Assembly: GCA_038871515.1 (NCBI GenBank)
Contig: JAVZHX010000001.1
Span: forward strand, 318,915-382,914
Reading direction: 5' to 3'
Length of the DNA: 64,000 nucleotides
Source of the DNA: Candidatus Micrarchaeia archaeon
Lineage (GTDB): Archaea > Micrarchaeota > Micrarchaeia > Burarchaeales > Fermentimicrarchaeaceae
Shown here one piece after another: positions 8,591-18,019 of this stretch. The notes beneath the pieces were generated by a model. It was not told the origin of the DNA. It saw only the letters and a list, made by a program, of their open reading frames with translations, and searched no databases. How positions within the stretch are numbered: position 1 is the stretch's first letter; every line of letters starts with the position of its first letter. The position numbers and the translations under genes are program-made.

Positions 8591-9063
8591 TGAGAAAGCT
8601 CACCTCTTTTCCTTCAAAGAGAAGCAACTCCCTTCTGGGATGGTATAAAGTGAAAAACCCTCTCAGAGTTGTTTTCAACTTCCTTCTTATTTACTCGGCA
8701 AGGTATCTTCCATCACTGAGCTTGAAGAATTTCTTTTATAGATTGACTGGGATGAAAGTTGGAAAGGATGTTGCAGTTGGGCTTGGTGCGGTTTTTGATA
8801 TTTTCTTCCCTGAGCTTATTGAAATTGGGGATAACTGCATAATTGGGTATAACGCAACAATACTTGCTCACGAGTTCCTTCACAAGGAGCTGAGAGTTGG
8901 GAGGGTTAGAATTGGAAAGAACGTTCTCATTGGAGCGAACACAACTGTTCTTGCAGGCGTTACTATAGGGGATAACTCAAAAATATCCGCATGCTCGCTT
9001 GTGAATGACGATGTGCCTGCAAACTCATTCTACGCAGGGGTGCCGGCAAGAGGAGTTAAATGA
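8587..9063 (+). CDS. Hexapeptide-repeat (left-handed beta-helix) acyl/acetyltransferase
   Basis: Hexapeptide repeats (IGDNCIIGYNATIL, IGKNVLIGANTTVLAGVTIGDNSKI) follow an N-terminal hydrophobic segment. It overlaps the following membrane-protein gene by 4 nt. Confidence 0.65.
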   Translation: MMRKLTSFPSKRSNSLLGWYKVKNPLRVVFNFLLIYSARYLPSLSLKNFFYRLTGMKVGKDVAVGLGAVFDIFFPELIEIGDNCIIGYNATILAHEFLHKELRVGRVRIGKNVLIGANTTVLAGVTIGDNSKISACSLVNDDVPANSFYAGVPARGVK

Positions 9064-9728
9064 AAAACATTCTGTTTCTTATAATTGTCATAAATTTCAT
9101 CGGAATGTTGTATGGTTATTATTACTATTACGAGCAGCTTACCTCATCACCTCTCTGGCTCTGGGTGTTTATACCTGACTGCCCTTTTTACGTAACCGTG
9201 TTCACACTTGTGCTGATTCTTGCGCTATTTGGATTTGAGAATAAACTGCTCAGCTGCATTGGGGCAGTTGGAATGATGAAGTATGGGGTGTGGACGTTAC
9301 TTGCTTTACTGGTTTTTCATGAGTACTTTTTCTCAGAGTCTCTCTGGCTTCTCTCCTCCATTTTATTTATTCTCCATATTGGAATGTTTGCAGAAGGCCC
9401 TCTTTTAATTAATAAAAAGTTGAGCGGAAAGCACTTTCTTGCTACTTTAATTTGGTTTCTGATAAATGATTACTTTGATTACTTCCACGGTTACACCAAC
9501 CTGCTTGGTGAATACATTATTGGAACTCATCCTCTCCTTCCCTCCAAGGAAGGAGTTGTTCTTATGATGGTGCTCACGTTCGCGCTTACCTTTTTAATGA
9601 GTGGGTTTGCTTACTGGCTTTCGCTGATGGAGTTTTGGTGGCCAGCAAAAAAGGAAGTTGAAAGCACCGTAAAGGAGTTTCAGAAAAGCGCAAAAACAAG
9701 TAAGGGAAGAAGGAAGAGAAGAAGGTAG
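9060..9728 (+). CDS. Polytopic integral membrane protein of unknown function with a basic C-terminal tail
   Basis: About 6 predicted TM helices and a KGRRKRRR tail. Translationally coupled to the ACT and acyltransferase genes. Confidence 0.5.
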   Translation: MKNILFLIIVINFIGMLYGYYYYYEQLTSSPLWLWVFIPDCPFYVTVFTLVLILALFGFENKLLSCIGAVGMMKYGVWTLLALLVFHEYFFSESLWLLSSILFILHIGMFAEGPLLINKKLSGKHFLATLIWFLINDYFDYFHGYTNLLGEYIIGTHPLLPSKEGVVLMMVLTFALTFLMSGFAYWLSLMEFWWPAKKEVESTVKEFQKSAKTSKGRRKRRR

Positions 9729-10384
9729 TCAGACAACCCCATCCTCAGCTCAACCTCAAAGTTTATTCTTTCTGAGTCAAACCCGCGGGACTCCAGCGAA
9801 ACCGCAAGCTGGGAGGAACGTTTGAGAGAGGAGTGAAGCAACGGGATTATCAGGGGGAGAGGAAGGGAGAAGGGAGAGGGAGAGTAACCTCTCATCACTT
9901 GGGAGATGCGTATTCTCTCCACCTCCTGCTGCATAAAGGGTACGAAGTGAACAGCTATTATGAATGCGAATGCTATATCGCCAGGAGTTTTGAAGAAAAC
10001 AAGCGCTTGAAGAATTTTCTTCATTTCTGTTGTGTATACCATCAACAGTGAGATTAAGAAGATATTGAGAAAAAATAGGGAGGTGAGAACTCCAAGCAAA
10101 GCTCCTGAGTAGGAGTGAATTAGTATATGCAGTACTGCAGGAAGCAGTATGAGCAGCCAACCTTTTCCCAAATCCTTAACTGGTTGCGCCAGCGGTATTT
10201 CAGCGATGATGTAAAGAAGTGGTATAACCAGGGATGTTGCGATTAGGATTTCAAAACTCTGTCTAAGGATAAGCAGGAAGAGAAGAAATATTAAGTAGAG
10301 TATTTTCACCCTTGCGTCAATTTTATGAACCAATGAATTTCGTGGGATGTATGCAATCAATTTCTTACCCTCTTCAGCACACAC
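9680..10384 (-). CDS. ecfT: Energy-coupling-factor (ECF) transporter transmembrane component EcfT/CbiQ
   Basis: Polytopic membrane protein with the EcfT-type coupling-helix region (RGYSPS...RSSQLAVSLESRGF). It is the last gene of an S-A-T operon. Confidence 0.7.
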   Translation of the reverse strand: MCAEEGKKLIAYIPRNSLVHKIDARVKILYLIFLLFLLILRQSFEILIATSLVIPLLYIIAEIPLAQPVKDLGKGWLLILLPAVLHILIHSYSGALLGVLTSLFFLNIFLISLLMVYTTEMKKILQALVFFKTPGDIAFAFIIAVHFVPFMQQEVERIRISQVMRGYSPSPFSLPLPLIIPLLHSSLKRSSQLAVSLESRGFDSERINFEVELRMGLSDYLLLFLLPLLVFALF

Positions 10385-11118
10385 GGAATTTTCAAACCAT
10401 ACTGCTCAATTTTTGGATTAGAAAGAACCTTTCTGGGAGCTCCATCAAGCGCTATTCTCCCATCTTTTAAAACAATCACTCTTTTAGCATTTTCAAGCAA
10501 CATCTCCGTATCGTGCTCAACAACAACAATTGTTCTTCCCTCTTTGTTCAAACTCCCAAGAAATTTATACAGCTCAACTGCAGCACCAAAATCAAGGCTG
10601 GAGGAGGGCTCGTCAAGAAGTATCACCTCTGGCTCCATAGCAAGAGTTGATGCAATCGCAAGCTTCTGCTTCTGCCCCTCTGAAAGGTTGTTTGGGTCAT
10701 CATTGATGAAGGAGTGCAAGCCAAATAAACGTAGATACTTATCAACTCTTCTCCTCACCTCCTCTCTCGGGAGCTTTCTGTTTTCAAGAGCAAATGCAAC
10801 TTCGTCTCTCACTTTCATTGAGAATATTTGGGAGTTCGGATCCTGAAGCACTATCCCCACTTTCTCAGAAAGCTCACTCACTTTTGTTTGCTTCGTGTTC
10901 ATTCCATCAACAACAACCTCCCCGCGAAAGTTTCCCTGTATTAAATTTGGTATAACCCCATTCATCGTAAGAAGCAGCGTGCTCTTTCCGCTGCCAACCG
11001 GGCCAATGATACCAATAAAGTCGCCTTTTGGTATGGAAAGATTTATTCTCTCAAGCACCTTTTTTCCAGTATACGAGAAAGTTAGGTTGCGTATGGTGAT
11101 CAGCTTACCACCTTGCAT
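10357..11118 (-). CDS. ecfA: ECF transporter ATPase EcfA/CbiO
   Basis: Walker A is GPVGSGKST, the ABC signature is LSEGQKQKLAIASTLA, and Walker B is ILLDEPSSSLD. Confidence 0.8.
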   Translation of the reverse strand: MQGGKLITIRNLTFSYTGKKVLERINLSIPKGDFIGIIGPVGSGKSTLLLTMNGVIPNLIQGNFRGEVVVDGMNTKQTKVSELSEKVGIVLQDPNSQIFSMKVRDEVAFALENRKLPREEVRRRVDKYLRLFGLHSFINDDPNNLSEGQKQKLAIASTLAMEPEVILLDEPSSSLDFGAAVELYKFLGSLNKEGRTIVVVEHDTEMLLENAKRVIVLKDGRIALDGAPRKVLSNPKIEQYGLKIPCVLKRVRN

Positions 11119-11941
11119 ATCTATTTACAAACCCAAATTTAAAAGCAAGCATCCAGGCGAGTATTGTTTCAACTGCACCCTGAAAAGCATTCCAACCAAA
11201 TATTAGGTACCAGGGAACAGATGCCATTAACTTCTCTGGGGAGATGTGGAAGAAAAGAGGTCCTGCGAAGTAGTAGTTTGAAACAACCATCGCTATTCCC
11301 CTGACAAGTATGCTGATGATGAGCAGTATCGCCACAGCCCGGGCATCTGCAAAAACAAGCGGGGTTAACCCCTTTGAGTATTTCCCCCAGAAATGAAGAA
11401 GAATAAAGCAGAACACCGTTATAGCAAGTATTGGAAGCAACCCAAGCAGAATGTCTGAAACGGTAACACGCACCCCTGAAAAACCAGCAGCTTCAAAACG
11501 GGGGAGGAGGTAAACTGTGGTGTTTGAAAGCGGAAGGGTGGATTTTCCGATAAGGTTGATGTGTATTGAAACCAAAAATAGCATAAGAGAGATGAAAAGC
11601 GCGAAGAAGATGTTTATTAAAACTCTGCCAAGAGTGAAACCCTTTCTTACAGAAAGCATCCAGAAAGCAGGGATGAGGAACATTGGAACTGTTGCTGCGA
11701 ACTTCATGCTCGCCCCAAGCCATGTTTCAGGTGATATGAGTGTTATTATAAGCGCTGTGAGAATGGATGTATAGAAAGCTGCATCAAGCCCAAAAAGAAA
11801 GAAGGCGAGCATTATCGGAACTCCAACCAAATCAACAGTCATCCCAAACCCAGTTTGTATTCCTATTATTCCATGAGAGAATTGAAAGACTGCTGCTATC
11901 GCGGATAGCATAGCAACGGCAGTCAGCTTATATGTTTTCAT
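11105..11941 (-). CDS. Polytopic membrane protein, probably the substrate-capture (S) component of the ECF transporter
   Basis: 278 aa and very hydrophobic. It sits first in the operon, overlapping ecfA. No recognisable substrate signature. Confidence 0.45.
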   Translation of the reverse strand: MKTYKLTAVAMLSAIAAVFQFSHGIIGIQTGFGMTVDLVGVPIMLAFFLFGLDAAFYTSILTALIITLISPETWLGASMKFAATVPMFLIPAFWMLSVRKGFTLGRVLINIFFALFISLMLFLVSIHINLIGKSTLPLSNTTVYLLPRFEAAGFSGVRVTVSDILLGLLPILAITVFCFILLHFWGKYSKGLTPLVFADARAVAILLIISILVRGIAMVVSNYYFAGPLFFHISPEKLMASVPWYLIFGWNAFQGAVETILAWMLAFKFGFVNRYARW

Positions 11942-11977
11942 AACTCAGCAATAGAACTTTTACTCTTTTAAATTTAA

Positions 11978-13051
11978 TTACTCAAAAAAGTGTAATCCTT
12001 GAATTTCCACATTCCACAGCCCAATGCTCTTTGCATAGCTCACTGCTTCGTTATACTCCTCCCTTGTTATCCTTCTTGAAATTTCAGGTATCTGCATTGC
12101 TCTGTACTCCGGTCTGTACTGGCTCATTATATTAACTCTAACCCTATCGCCGAGGTTTTTTGCTATCCAGTTTAAAACTGGTTTTGAGCAGCACTCCACG
12201 TGGTTGGGCAGAACAAGATGCCTGTAGAGTATTTCCGCATGCTCAACTGCAAGAAGGCTGTTTCTTGTGAGGGTTTTCCAATAACCTTTTGGGAAAAGGG
12301 AAAGCTTCCTTGCGCATTCATCATTTCCATACTTAAAGTCAGCAAGGTATACGTCAACAACTCCGTTCAGCAGCTCCATTGCTTTTTCAGACATAATCAT
12401 ATTGCTGTTCCATATAACCGGAATGTTAACTTCACATTCATTCAAAGCAGCAAGTATGTTATGTAAATTCGGGGTTGGCTCACCTCCGACAAGATTCAAA
12501 TTTCTCACTCCAAATTTTCTATGGTATTCAACCCACTCCGCAATCTTTTTTGGAGACCAGACTGAACCACTCTGGGGGTATTGGCTTATCTCCCAGTTCT
12601 GGCAGTACTGGCAGCTCATATTGCAACCTGAAAAGAAGATTGTTCCGGAGGGAACCAGCTCTGGCTCCTCCCCAATGTGCTCGAACGCAGATGAAACGCG
12701 TGAGTCAGAAGCAACTCTGCACCAACCAAGCCCACCTTTTTTTCTATTCACTTTGCAGGCTCTCTCGCAGAACTCACACTTCTCAAGCATTTTCTCAGCA
12801 ATGCGCTGCTTCAACTCAAGTAAATTCGGGTGAACTTCCTTCTGTTTTGGTTGGTTAAGAAGAGAAGGAAATTTTTTAATTAATCTCTCGTGCTCCTCCC
12901 AACACTCCTTATAATTATCTGAAATTCTTGCGGGGATGGATTTACACAGCATGAAGCGAGCTGGCTTCTCATCTCTCATAACTTCAACGTATCTCCCAAG
13001 CGCCTTTTGTATTCCCGCATCCTCAAAAACAGACATAAAACTATTTCTCAA
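11978..13051 (-). CDS. Radical SAM protein of the PflA/NrdG-like activating-enzyme family
   Basis: The CxxxCxxC motif CNMSCQYCQNW and a GGEPT glycine-rich SAM motif are present. An additional N-terminal Cys cluster is CEFCERACKVNRKKGGLGWC. Confidence 0.7.
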   Translation of the reverse strand: MRNSFMSVFEDAGIQKALGRYVEVMRDEKPARFMLCKSIPARISDNYKECWEEHERLIKKFPSLLNQPKQKEVHPNLLELKQRIAEKMLEKCEFCERACKVNRKKGGLGWCRVASDSRVSSAFEHIGEEPELVPSGTIFFSGCNMSCQYCQNWEISQYPQSGSVWSPKKIAEWVEYHRKFGVRNLNLVGGEPTPNLHNILAALNECEVNIPVIWNSNMIMSEKAMELLNGVVDVYLADFKYGNDECARKLSLFPKGYWKTLTRNSLLAVEHAEILYRHLVLPNHVECCSKPVLNWIAKNLGDRVRVNIMSQYRPEYRAMQIPEISRRITREEYNEAVSYAKSIGLWNVEIQGLHFFE

Positions 13052-13105
13052 ACGTGATATTTAATTATAAGGAATGTTTTTAAATGAGAGAAAGAAAATT
13101 GATTT

Positions 13106-13573
13106 ATGATGAGGGGGCAGAGCGCAGTTGAGTATCTTTCTGTTTATGCAGTTGCATTCATAATAGTCCTAGTTGTTCTCGCAGCTGTTTACTATGTTTG
13201 GAATGCTAACCAAACAGTCACCCCTCACTGTGAGCTTACTGTTGATTTGTACTGCACTGATTTCTATATACGGCAGAATGGAAGTTTAGTTCTTATGATG
13301 AGGCAAACCACTGGGCATCCAATAAGGGTGACTGGTTTCAACTGCACGGCTCAGAGCAATGATGCAATGGTGACAAAAGCAATGGATGTTTATATGAATG
13401 ATGGAGAGCTGAAAACGGTTGTTTCAGAGGAACCTTGCTACAGAGTTGGCGGTGAGATTGCAACTGGAAGCGCGGGGAGTTTTTACAGCGGAAGAATTTA
13501 TATAAAATACACGGAAGCAGACACGGGATTCTCCCACTCCATTGTTGGTAAAATAGTTGCAAGGTATGAATAA
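13106..13573 (+). CDS. Archaeal type IV pilin-like protein with a class III signal peptide
   Basis: The N-terminus MMRGQSAVEYLSVYAVAFIIVLVVLAAVYY is a classic PibD/FlaK-processed class III signal (G/Q cleavage, E at +5, hydrophobic helix). It shares the TGHPIRVTGFNCT motif with the next gene. Confidence 0.6.
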   Translation: MMRGQSAVEYLSVYAVAFIIVLVVLAAVYYVWNANQTVTPHCELTVDLYCTDFYIRQNGSLVLMMRQTTGHPIRVTGFNCTAQSNDAMVTKAMDVYMNDGELKTVVSEEPCYRVGGEIATGSAGSFYSGRIYIKYTEADTGFSHSIVGKIVARYE

Positions 13574-13612
13574 ATTTATAAACAGCTGAGAAGAAATAGA
13601 AGTGGTGAGCAG

Positions 13613-14140
13613 ATGAGAAGAGCGCAGGCGGCAATGGAGTATCTTATAACTTATGGATGGGCAATACTGATAATGCTGGTAGTTGTTGGAGTGCTGTTTT
13701 ACTTGGGAGTTTTCAGCCCCAGAGGAGTTTCCGGTTGCAGCTTCCAGTCACCTGGTTTCACCTGCTATGCGTATAAGCTCACTGCAAACACCTCTGATGC
13801 AAGTGGTTTAATCCTCGATTTGGGACAGGCAACTGGGCATGATATAAAGGTGGTTGGGTTCAACTGCACAACTGCTGAGACATGGACGCTGACTGACTTC
13901 AGTCCATTACCTGGTTTCCTGAACGCATCTAACGTCACAATTCCATCAGGAAGCCACAAACCACTTAATGGAACTTCAACTGCTCCAAGACCACTTCCCT
14001 GCTGGAAATCAGATGGCAGCATGATTGGGCCTGGCGATATGGATCAGTATTACAAAGGAAAAATATACATTCATTACATTGATTTGGAAACAAACATGGA
14101 TCATAAGGTTACTGGCGACATTTCAGGTAGAATAGAGTAG
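13613..14140 (+). CDS. Archaeal type IV pilin-like protein with a class III signal peptide; a paralog of the gene at 13106
   Basis: The N-terminus MRRAQAAMEYLITYGWAILIMLVVVGVLFY is a class III signal. The conserved motif is TGHDIKVVGFNCT. It ends in IYIHYID, compared with IYIKYTE in the paralog. Confidence 0.6.
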   Translation: MRRAQAAMEYLITYGWAILIMLVVVGVLFYLGVFSPRGVSGCSFQSPGFTCYAYKLTANTSDASGLILDLGQATGHDIKVVGFNCTTAETWTLTDFSPLPGFLNASNVTIPSGSHKPLNGTSTAPRPLPCWKSDGSMIGPGDMDQYYKGKIYIHYIDLETNMDHKVTGDISGRIE

Positions 14141-14159
14141 CTGCTTCTCAGGTGGTTGC

Positions 14160-14789
14160 GTGCTGAAATCAAGCTTCTGGGAATTTTGCAATAGAGTCAG
14201 CATTAAACTTGGAATAATTTTCTCAAAAATTCCAATTTCTGCAAACACGTGGACTCTGCTCTCACTGGTGCCTGCTTTGCTTGGTTTTGTTTTTCTTTTG
14301 TATAAACAAATGGATGCTGCTCTGCTTCTATTTGCAGTTTCAGCTTTAATAGATGCAATAGATGGGGGAGTTGCAAGGGTGACTGGAACAGTGAGCAACC
14401 TTGGAGCGTATCTTGATGGTATGATGGATAGAGTTGTTGAGGGGTTGCTTCTGATTGGGATAATGCTTCACGGGATACCTGATTTAGCTATTGGTGGTTT
14501 CACAACTCCTTCCTTCCTCTGGATTGCGCTCCTGCTCTTCTTCGGCTCTGTTATGGTGAGCTACTCAAGAGCATACGCAGTTTACAGAAGAGCAATACGG
14601 GATAGCGAAGTTGTTTCGCGCATGCCAGGAGTTTTGGAAAGGGCTGAACGCCTCATACTGATATTCATTGGTATGGCGCTTTATAGGTTCAACCCATTAT
14701 ATCTTACTTACTCAATTGCTTTGGCAAGCGTGCTTTCAATAATAACAGTTATGCAAAGAATGCTTTTCACAATAAGAAATGCAGAGTGA
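14160..14789 (+). CDS. CDP-alcohol phosphatidyltransferase, a candidate archaetidylinositol-phosphate or archaetidylserine synthase
   Basis: The family motif D-G-x2-A-R-x8-G-x3-D-x3-D is present as DAIDGGVARVTGTVSNLGAYLDGMMDRVVEG. About 6 TM helices. Confidence 0.75.
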   Translation: MLKSSFWEFCNRVSIKLGIIFSKIPISANTWTLLSLVPALLGFVFLLYKQMDAALLLFAVSALIDAIDGGVARVTGTVSNLGAYLDGMMDRVVEGLLLIGIMLHGIPDLAIGGFTTPSFLWIALLLFFGSVMVSYSRAYAVYRRAIRDSEVVSRMPGVLERAERLILIFIGMALYRFNPLYLTYSIALASVLSIITVMQRMLFTIRNAE

Positions 14790-14793
14790 TTGA

Positions 14794-15450
14794 ATGAGAG
14801 TCGATATGCACATACACACAATCTACTCTGGCGATTCAATCTGCAAGCCAGAAAGCATAATAAAATATGCAAAAAAGAGAGGGCTTGATGGAGTTGCTGT
14901 CACAGACCATAATAAAACAGATGCATGGATAAAAATGTTAAATGAAGGAGTGAGGGCGGGGATAGTGGTTATACTTGGGGAGGAGATTGAAGTTGAGCAG
15001 AACGGAAAGGTAATAGGTGAAGTGCTAGGCTACTTTCTTGCTGAGGAGGTTAAAAGGGGGGAGCTTGGCAACGTTTTAGATGAAATAGCAAGCCAGGGGG
15101 GAATCGCAGCTCTGCCCCATCCGTTCTGCTTCTGGAGAGGTATGAAAGCAGATTTAGGTGGAATTGCAAAAAAGGTGGATGCGGTTGAAGTTTTCAACTC
15201 AAGAATGTATTTCAACTCTCAAAACAGAAATGCTTTGGAATTAGCTAGAAAGCACAAGCTTGCGGAAATAGGGGGGAGCGATGCGCATACGTGCTGGGAG
15301 GTTGGAAATGCGTATACACACGCTGAAGCAGATGGGGTTGAGGAGTTCAGGAAAGCAATAATGAAAAGAAAAACAAAGGCTGAAGGAAAGCTCACAAACC
15401 CACTTATAAGATTTCTATCACACCTTTCAAAAATTGGAGTGAAACGCTAA
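14794..15450 (+). CDS. PHP-domain metal-dependent phosphoesterase
   Basis: The N-terminus MRVDMHIHTIYSGDS carries the PHP motif I (HxH), followed by VAVTDHNK and GGSDAHT. It starts 4 nt after the CDP-alcohol phosphatidyltransferase stop. Confidence 0.7.
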   Translation: MRVDMHIHTIYSGDSICKPESIIKYAKKRGLDGVAVTDHNKTDAWIKMLNEGVRAGIVVILGEEIEVEQNGKVIGEVLGYFLAEEVKRGELGNVLDEIASQGGIAALPHPFCFWRGMKADLGGIAKKVDAVEVFNSRMYFNSQNRNALELARKHKLAEIGGSDAHTCWEVGNAYTHAEADGVEEFRKAIMKRKTKAEGKLTNPLIRFLSHLSKIGVKR

Positions 15451-17873
15451 CCTCCTTTCTTTATCAGCGACTTTCCTCTTGGAGTCAACTTGTAGAAAAC
15501 CCACTTCCTCCCATCAACTTCTATCTTTTCAACAAGCTCCGCCTCCCTGAGTTTGTCCAAGTGCTCAACAATTGTTGCTTTGCTTTTGTTCAGCTTTGAG
15601 CTTATATCAGTTGGCGTTCTCTCCCCCTCTGCAAGCGTGTTCAGTATCTGCAACCTTGTTTCAGATGAAAGAACCTTGTGAAGCTCCGCCTCATCCCCCT
15701 CCTGCGGGGAGTATTTTTTCAGTATATTGAGGAGAATGAAAACAACAAAGAATGCAAGTGCTATGCTGACTGGGATAAGGATGATGGATGAAAGCTCAGG
15801 AGTCCCTCCACCGGTTGCATTTGTTTGTGTTATTCCCGGCGTTTGCGTTGTTTCAGATGGGACAACCTGTATAACTTCACCTTGGCTGCAGAGTATAGCA
15901 TCCTCTCCAACAGAAAGATAGTTTGCCGTTTCTGGGTTGTTTATCAACTCAAAATATTCGTCTGAACCAAATGAAACTGTTCTTGTTGGTTGCTCCTCAC
16001 CGCACGCAGTATCCTTCCAAACTCCTCCTACTGAAACAAAAGTTTTATCGCCTACTGCTTTTGTTCCTTCAACATACTGCGCAATTCCAGTTGTGCTTTC
16101 TGCTGATTTGTACGCACTTGTAACTCCAAACGCCCCTCCTCCAACTGCAGCTGCCATCGGCATAATACCTACATCTCTTTTTCTTGTTGTTCCCTCTGGT
16201 GAAACTACAAGATAGGAGGTGTAGGGAGTTGGTATCCCATACTTCGTTGCAAGTGAAGTAACCTCCTGCTTCAGCTGAGGGGTTTCTCCTTCAAGCATTA
16301 TTTGGTCAAGCAGATAGCCAACCCTTCTCAATGCCCATGTTCTCTCAACAAAGCTGTTTGACGAGCTTTGAGGGAAGTATACCTCATACGTCCACTCCTT
16401 TCTGCTTTCGCCAACAAACCCCTCAAGATGAACTACTGCACGTCCAGAGCCGTTATACCTTCCTGCTACAACCAGCTGGGTTCCAAGAAAAACATCAGGT
16501 ATTCTCCTTGGGAGCACATCGTAAACAGGGTAATCAAATCTCAATTTAACATTGGAGAGAAGAGGTGTTGCTATTCTATCGTAAAATGATTTCAAAGTAA
16601 CCTCAAGCTCTGCTTCATTCTTTATATATGTTGGAATTCCATCCCCAAATTCATTTGCCAGCTTATCCAGCAGTTCAAAGTCTGCATCATCCCCAACTCC
16701 AAACACAAATACTTTGAAACCGCTTTTTCCACTCAAACTCTTTATTATCTCTGCTCTTGAATGCCCAGTTGTATCCCTTCCATCTGTCAGTAAAACTACT
16801 ATGTGCACTCTTGAGTCATTCTGAAACTCCTGAACAGCTGCCAGAAGCGAGTCCTGGATGTTTGTTGAGCCCTCAGCAATCAAATTATCTATGAACTCCT
16901 TCGCCTCTTTAATTGAAGCAACTCCCTCAAGCTTCCCTGAGAATGCTTTGTGGGTGCTTGAGAAAGCAATCACGTCAAACCTGTCCACTCCATTCAGCTT
17001 ATCCAACCCATATTTCAAAGCTCTTTTTGCCTGCTCAATTTTCACCCCCTCCATACTGCCAGAGGTGTCAATTACGAAAACAACGTCCTTTGGCAGTGAG
17101 GTTTGGTTAACAATTGAAGGATAGATGAAAAGAAGAAAGTAACCGCTCTCCCCTGTTTTGTGAGCAAGCAGTTTAACATCATACTCCCTTTCTGTAATCC
17201 CGTAGTATAACTGAAAATCCTTATCAGGAAGAACCTTCTCCTCATAATAAGTAGCTGTTGCCTTTCCTTTCCCTTCCCTCTCAACTGTTATATTGTGGGT
17301 TGGCGAGTAAATGAAGCCAAGGGTGCCTGGCGCATTTATTTTAACCGTTATATTCACTGGGTCTATTGGCTTTGTTGAATACCTTTCTGGGCTGAGCGGA
17401 TACATGTAGGAGTAAACCCCTCCGCTGGATTGAATTATCTGCTCATATGTTATAACTACTTTGACAACTTTTCCCTTTGGAAGAACAATACTTGAGGAGA
17501 ATGCATCCCTTCCAACATATTCAAGCAGCGAGGCATCTCTTCTCTCAATTACATACTGCTGGTAAAGCTTCTTTGCCTCCTCTTTTCCAAGCAATCTTCC
17601 CTCAAGTGTTTTGCCGTCAACTATTAATTTAACATCTCTTATTCCTCCGCCTGGAACTGGGAAAACATATGTTCCCTCCAAATCCCTGTAACCATCATTT
17701 TTGAACTCCTGCTCAACACGAGTGTAGGCATACGTATCATTTATTGTAACGGTTACATAGTGATTGAGTATAAGCGGATACGGATCCTCGTGATGGTGCG
17801 GTATCACCACTCCATCAGAAGCGACAAGAGTTGTAAGCAGAAAAACTGCCACAAAGAAAAACTTTGGCTTCAT
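15447..17873 (-). CDS. Secreted VIT + von Willebrand factor A domain protein with a single C-terminal TM helix and a cytoplasmic ArsR-type winged HTH
   Basis: Signal peptide MKPKFFFVAVFLLTTLVASDG. The VIT region is about 50-180 aa. The vWA MIDAS motif is VVFVIDTSGSMEG. The TM helix is IILIPVSIALAFFVVFILLNIL. The C-terminal wHTH is LQILNTLAEGERTPTDISSKLNKSKATIVEHLDKLREAELVEKIEVDGRKWVFYKLT. Confidence 0.7.
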   Translation of the reverse strand: MKPKFFFVAVFLLTTLVASDGVVIPHHHEDPYPLILNHYVTVTINDTYAYTRVEQEFKNDGYRDLEGTYVFPVPGGGIRDVKLIVDGKTLEGRLLGKEEAKKLYQQYVIERRDASLLEYVGRDAFSSSIVLPKGKVVKVVITYEQIIQSSGGVYSYMYPLSPERYSTKPIDPVNITVKINAPGTLGFIYSPTHNITVEREGKGKATATYYEEKVLPDKDFQLYYGITEREYDVKLLAHKTGESGYFLLFIYPSIVNQTSLPKDVVFVIDTSGSMEGVKIEQAKRALKYGLDKLNGVDRFDVIAFSSTHKAFSGKLEGVASIKEAKEFIDNLIAEGSTNIQDSLLAAVQEFQNDSRVHIVVLLTDGRDTTGHSRAEIIKSLSGKSGFKVFVFGVGDDADFELLDKLANEFGDGIPTYIKNEAELEVTLKSFYDRIATPLLSNVKLRFDYPVYDVLPRRIPDVFLGTQLVVAGRYNGSGRAVVHLEGFVGESRKEWTYEVYFPQSSSNSFVERTWALRRVGYLLDQIMLEGETPQLKQEVTSLATKYGIPTPYTSYLVVSPEGTTRKRDVGIMPMAAAVGGGAFGVTSAYKSAESTTGIAQYVEGTKAVGDKTFVSVGGVWKDTACGEEQPTRTVSFGSDEYFELINNPETANYLSVGEDAILCSQGEVIQVVPSETTQTPGITQTNATGGGTPELSSIILIPVSIALAFFVVFILLNILKKYSPQEGDEAELHKVLSSETRLQILNTLAEGERTPTDISSKLNKSKATIVEHLDKLREAELVEKIEVDGRKWVFYKLTPRGKSLIKKGG

Positions 17874-18019
17874 AATACCACCAAATAGTTAAGTGAGGAG
17901 GTTATTTATACTCTATACGTTTTTGTTAGGTTTTCACCGAACAATAATTTTGAAGCCTAAAACTGAATGCTTGGAGCAACAAACAGCAGTAGTTAAATAG
18001 TGTTTTCGCTCAAATACAT

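Noticed and set aside
9777-10160. ORFs 9777-10160 (-) and 9833-10051 (+) within ecfT
   Set aside because: They are alternative-frame or antisense ORFs inside a clear EcfT membrane-protein gene.
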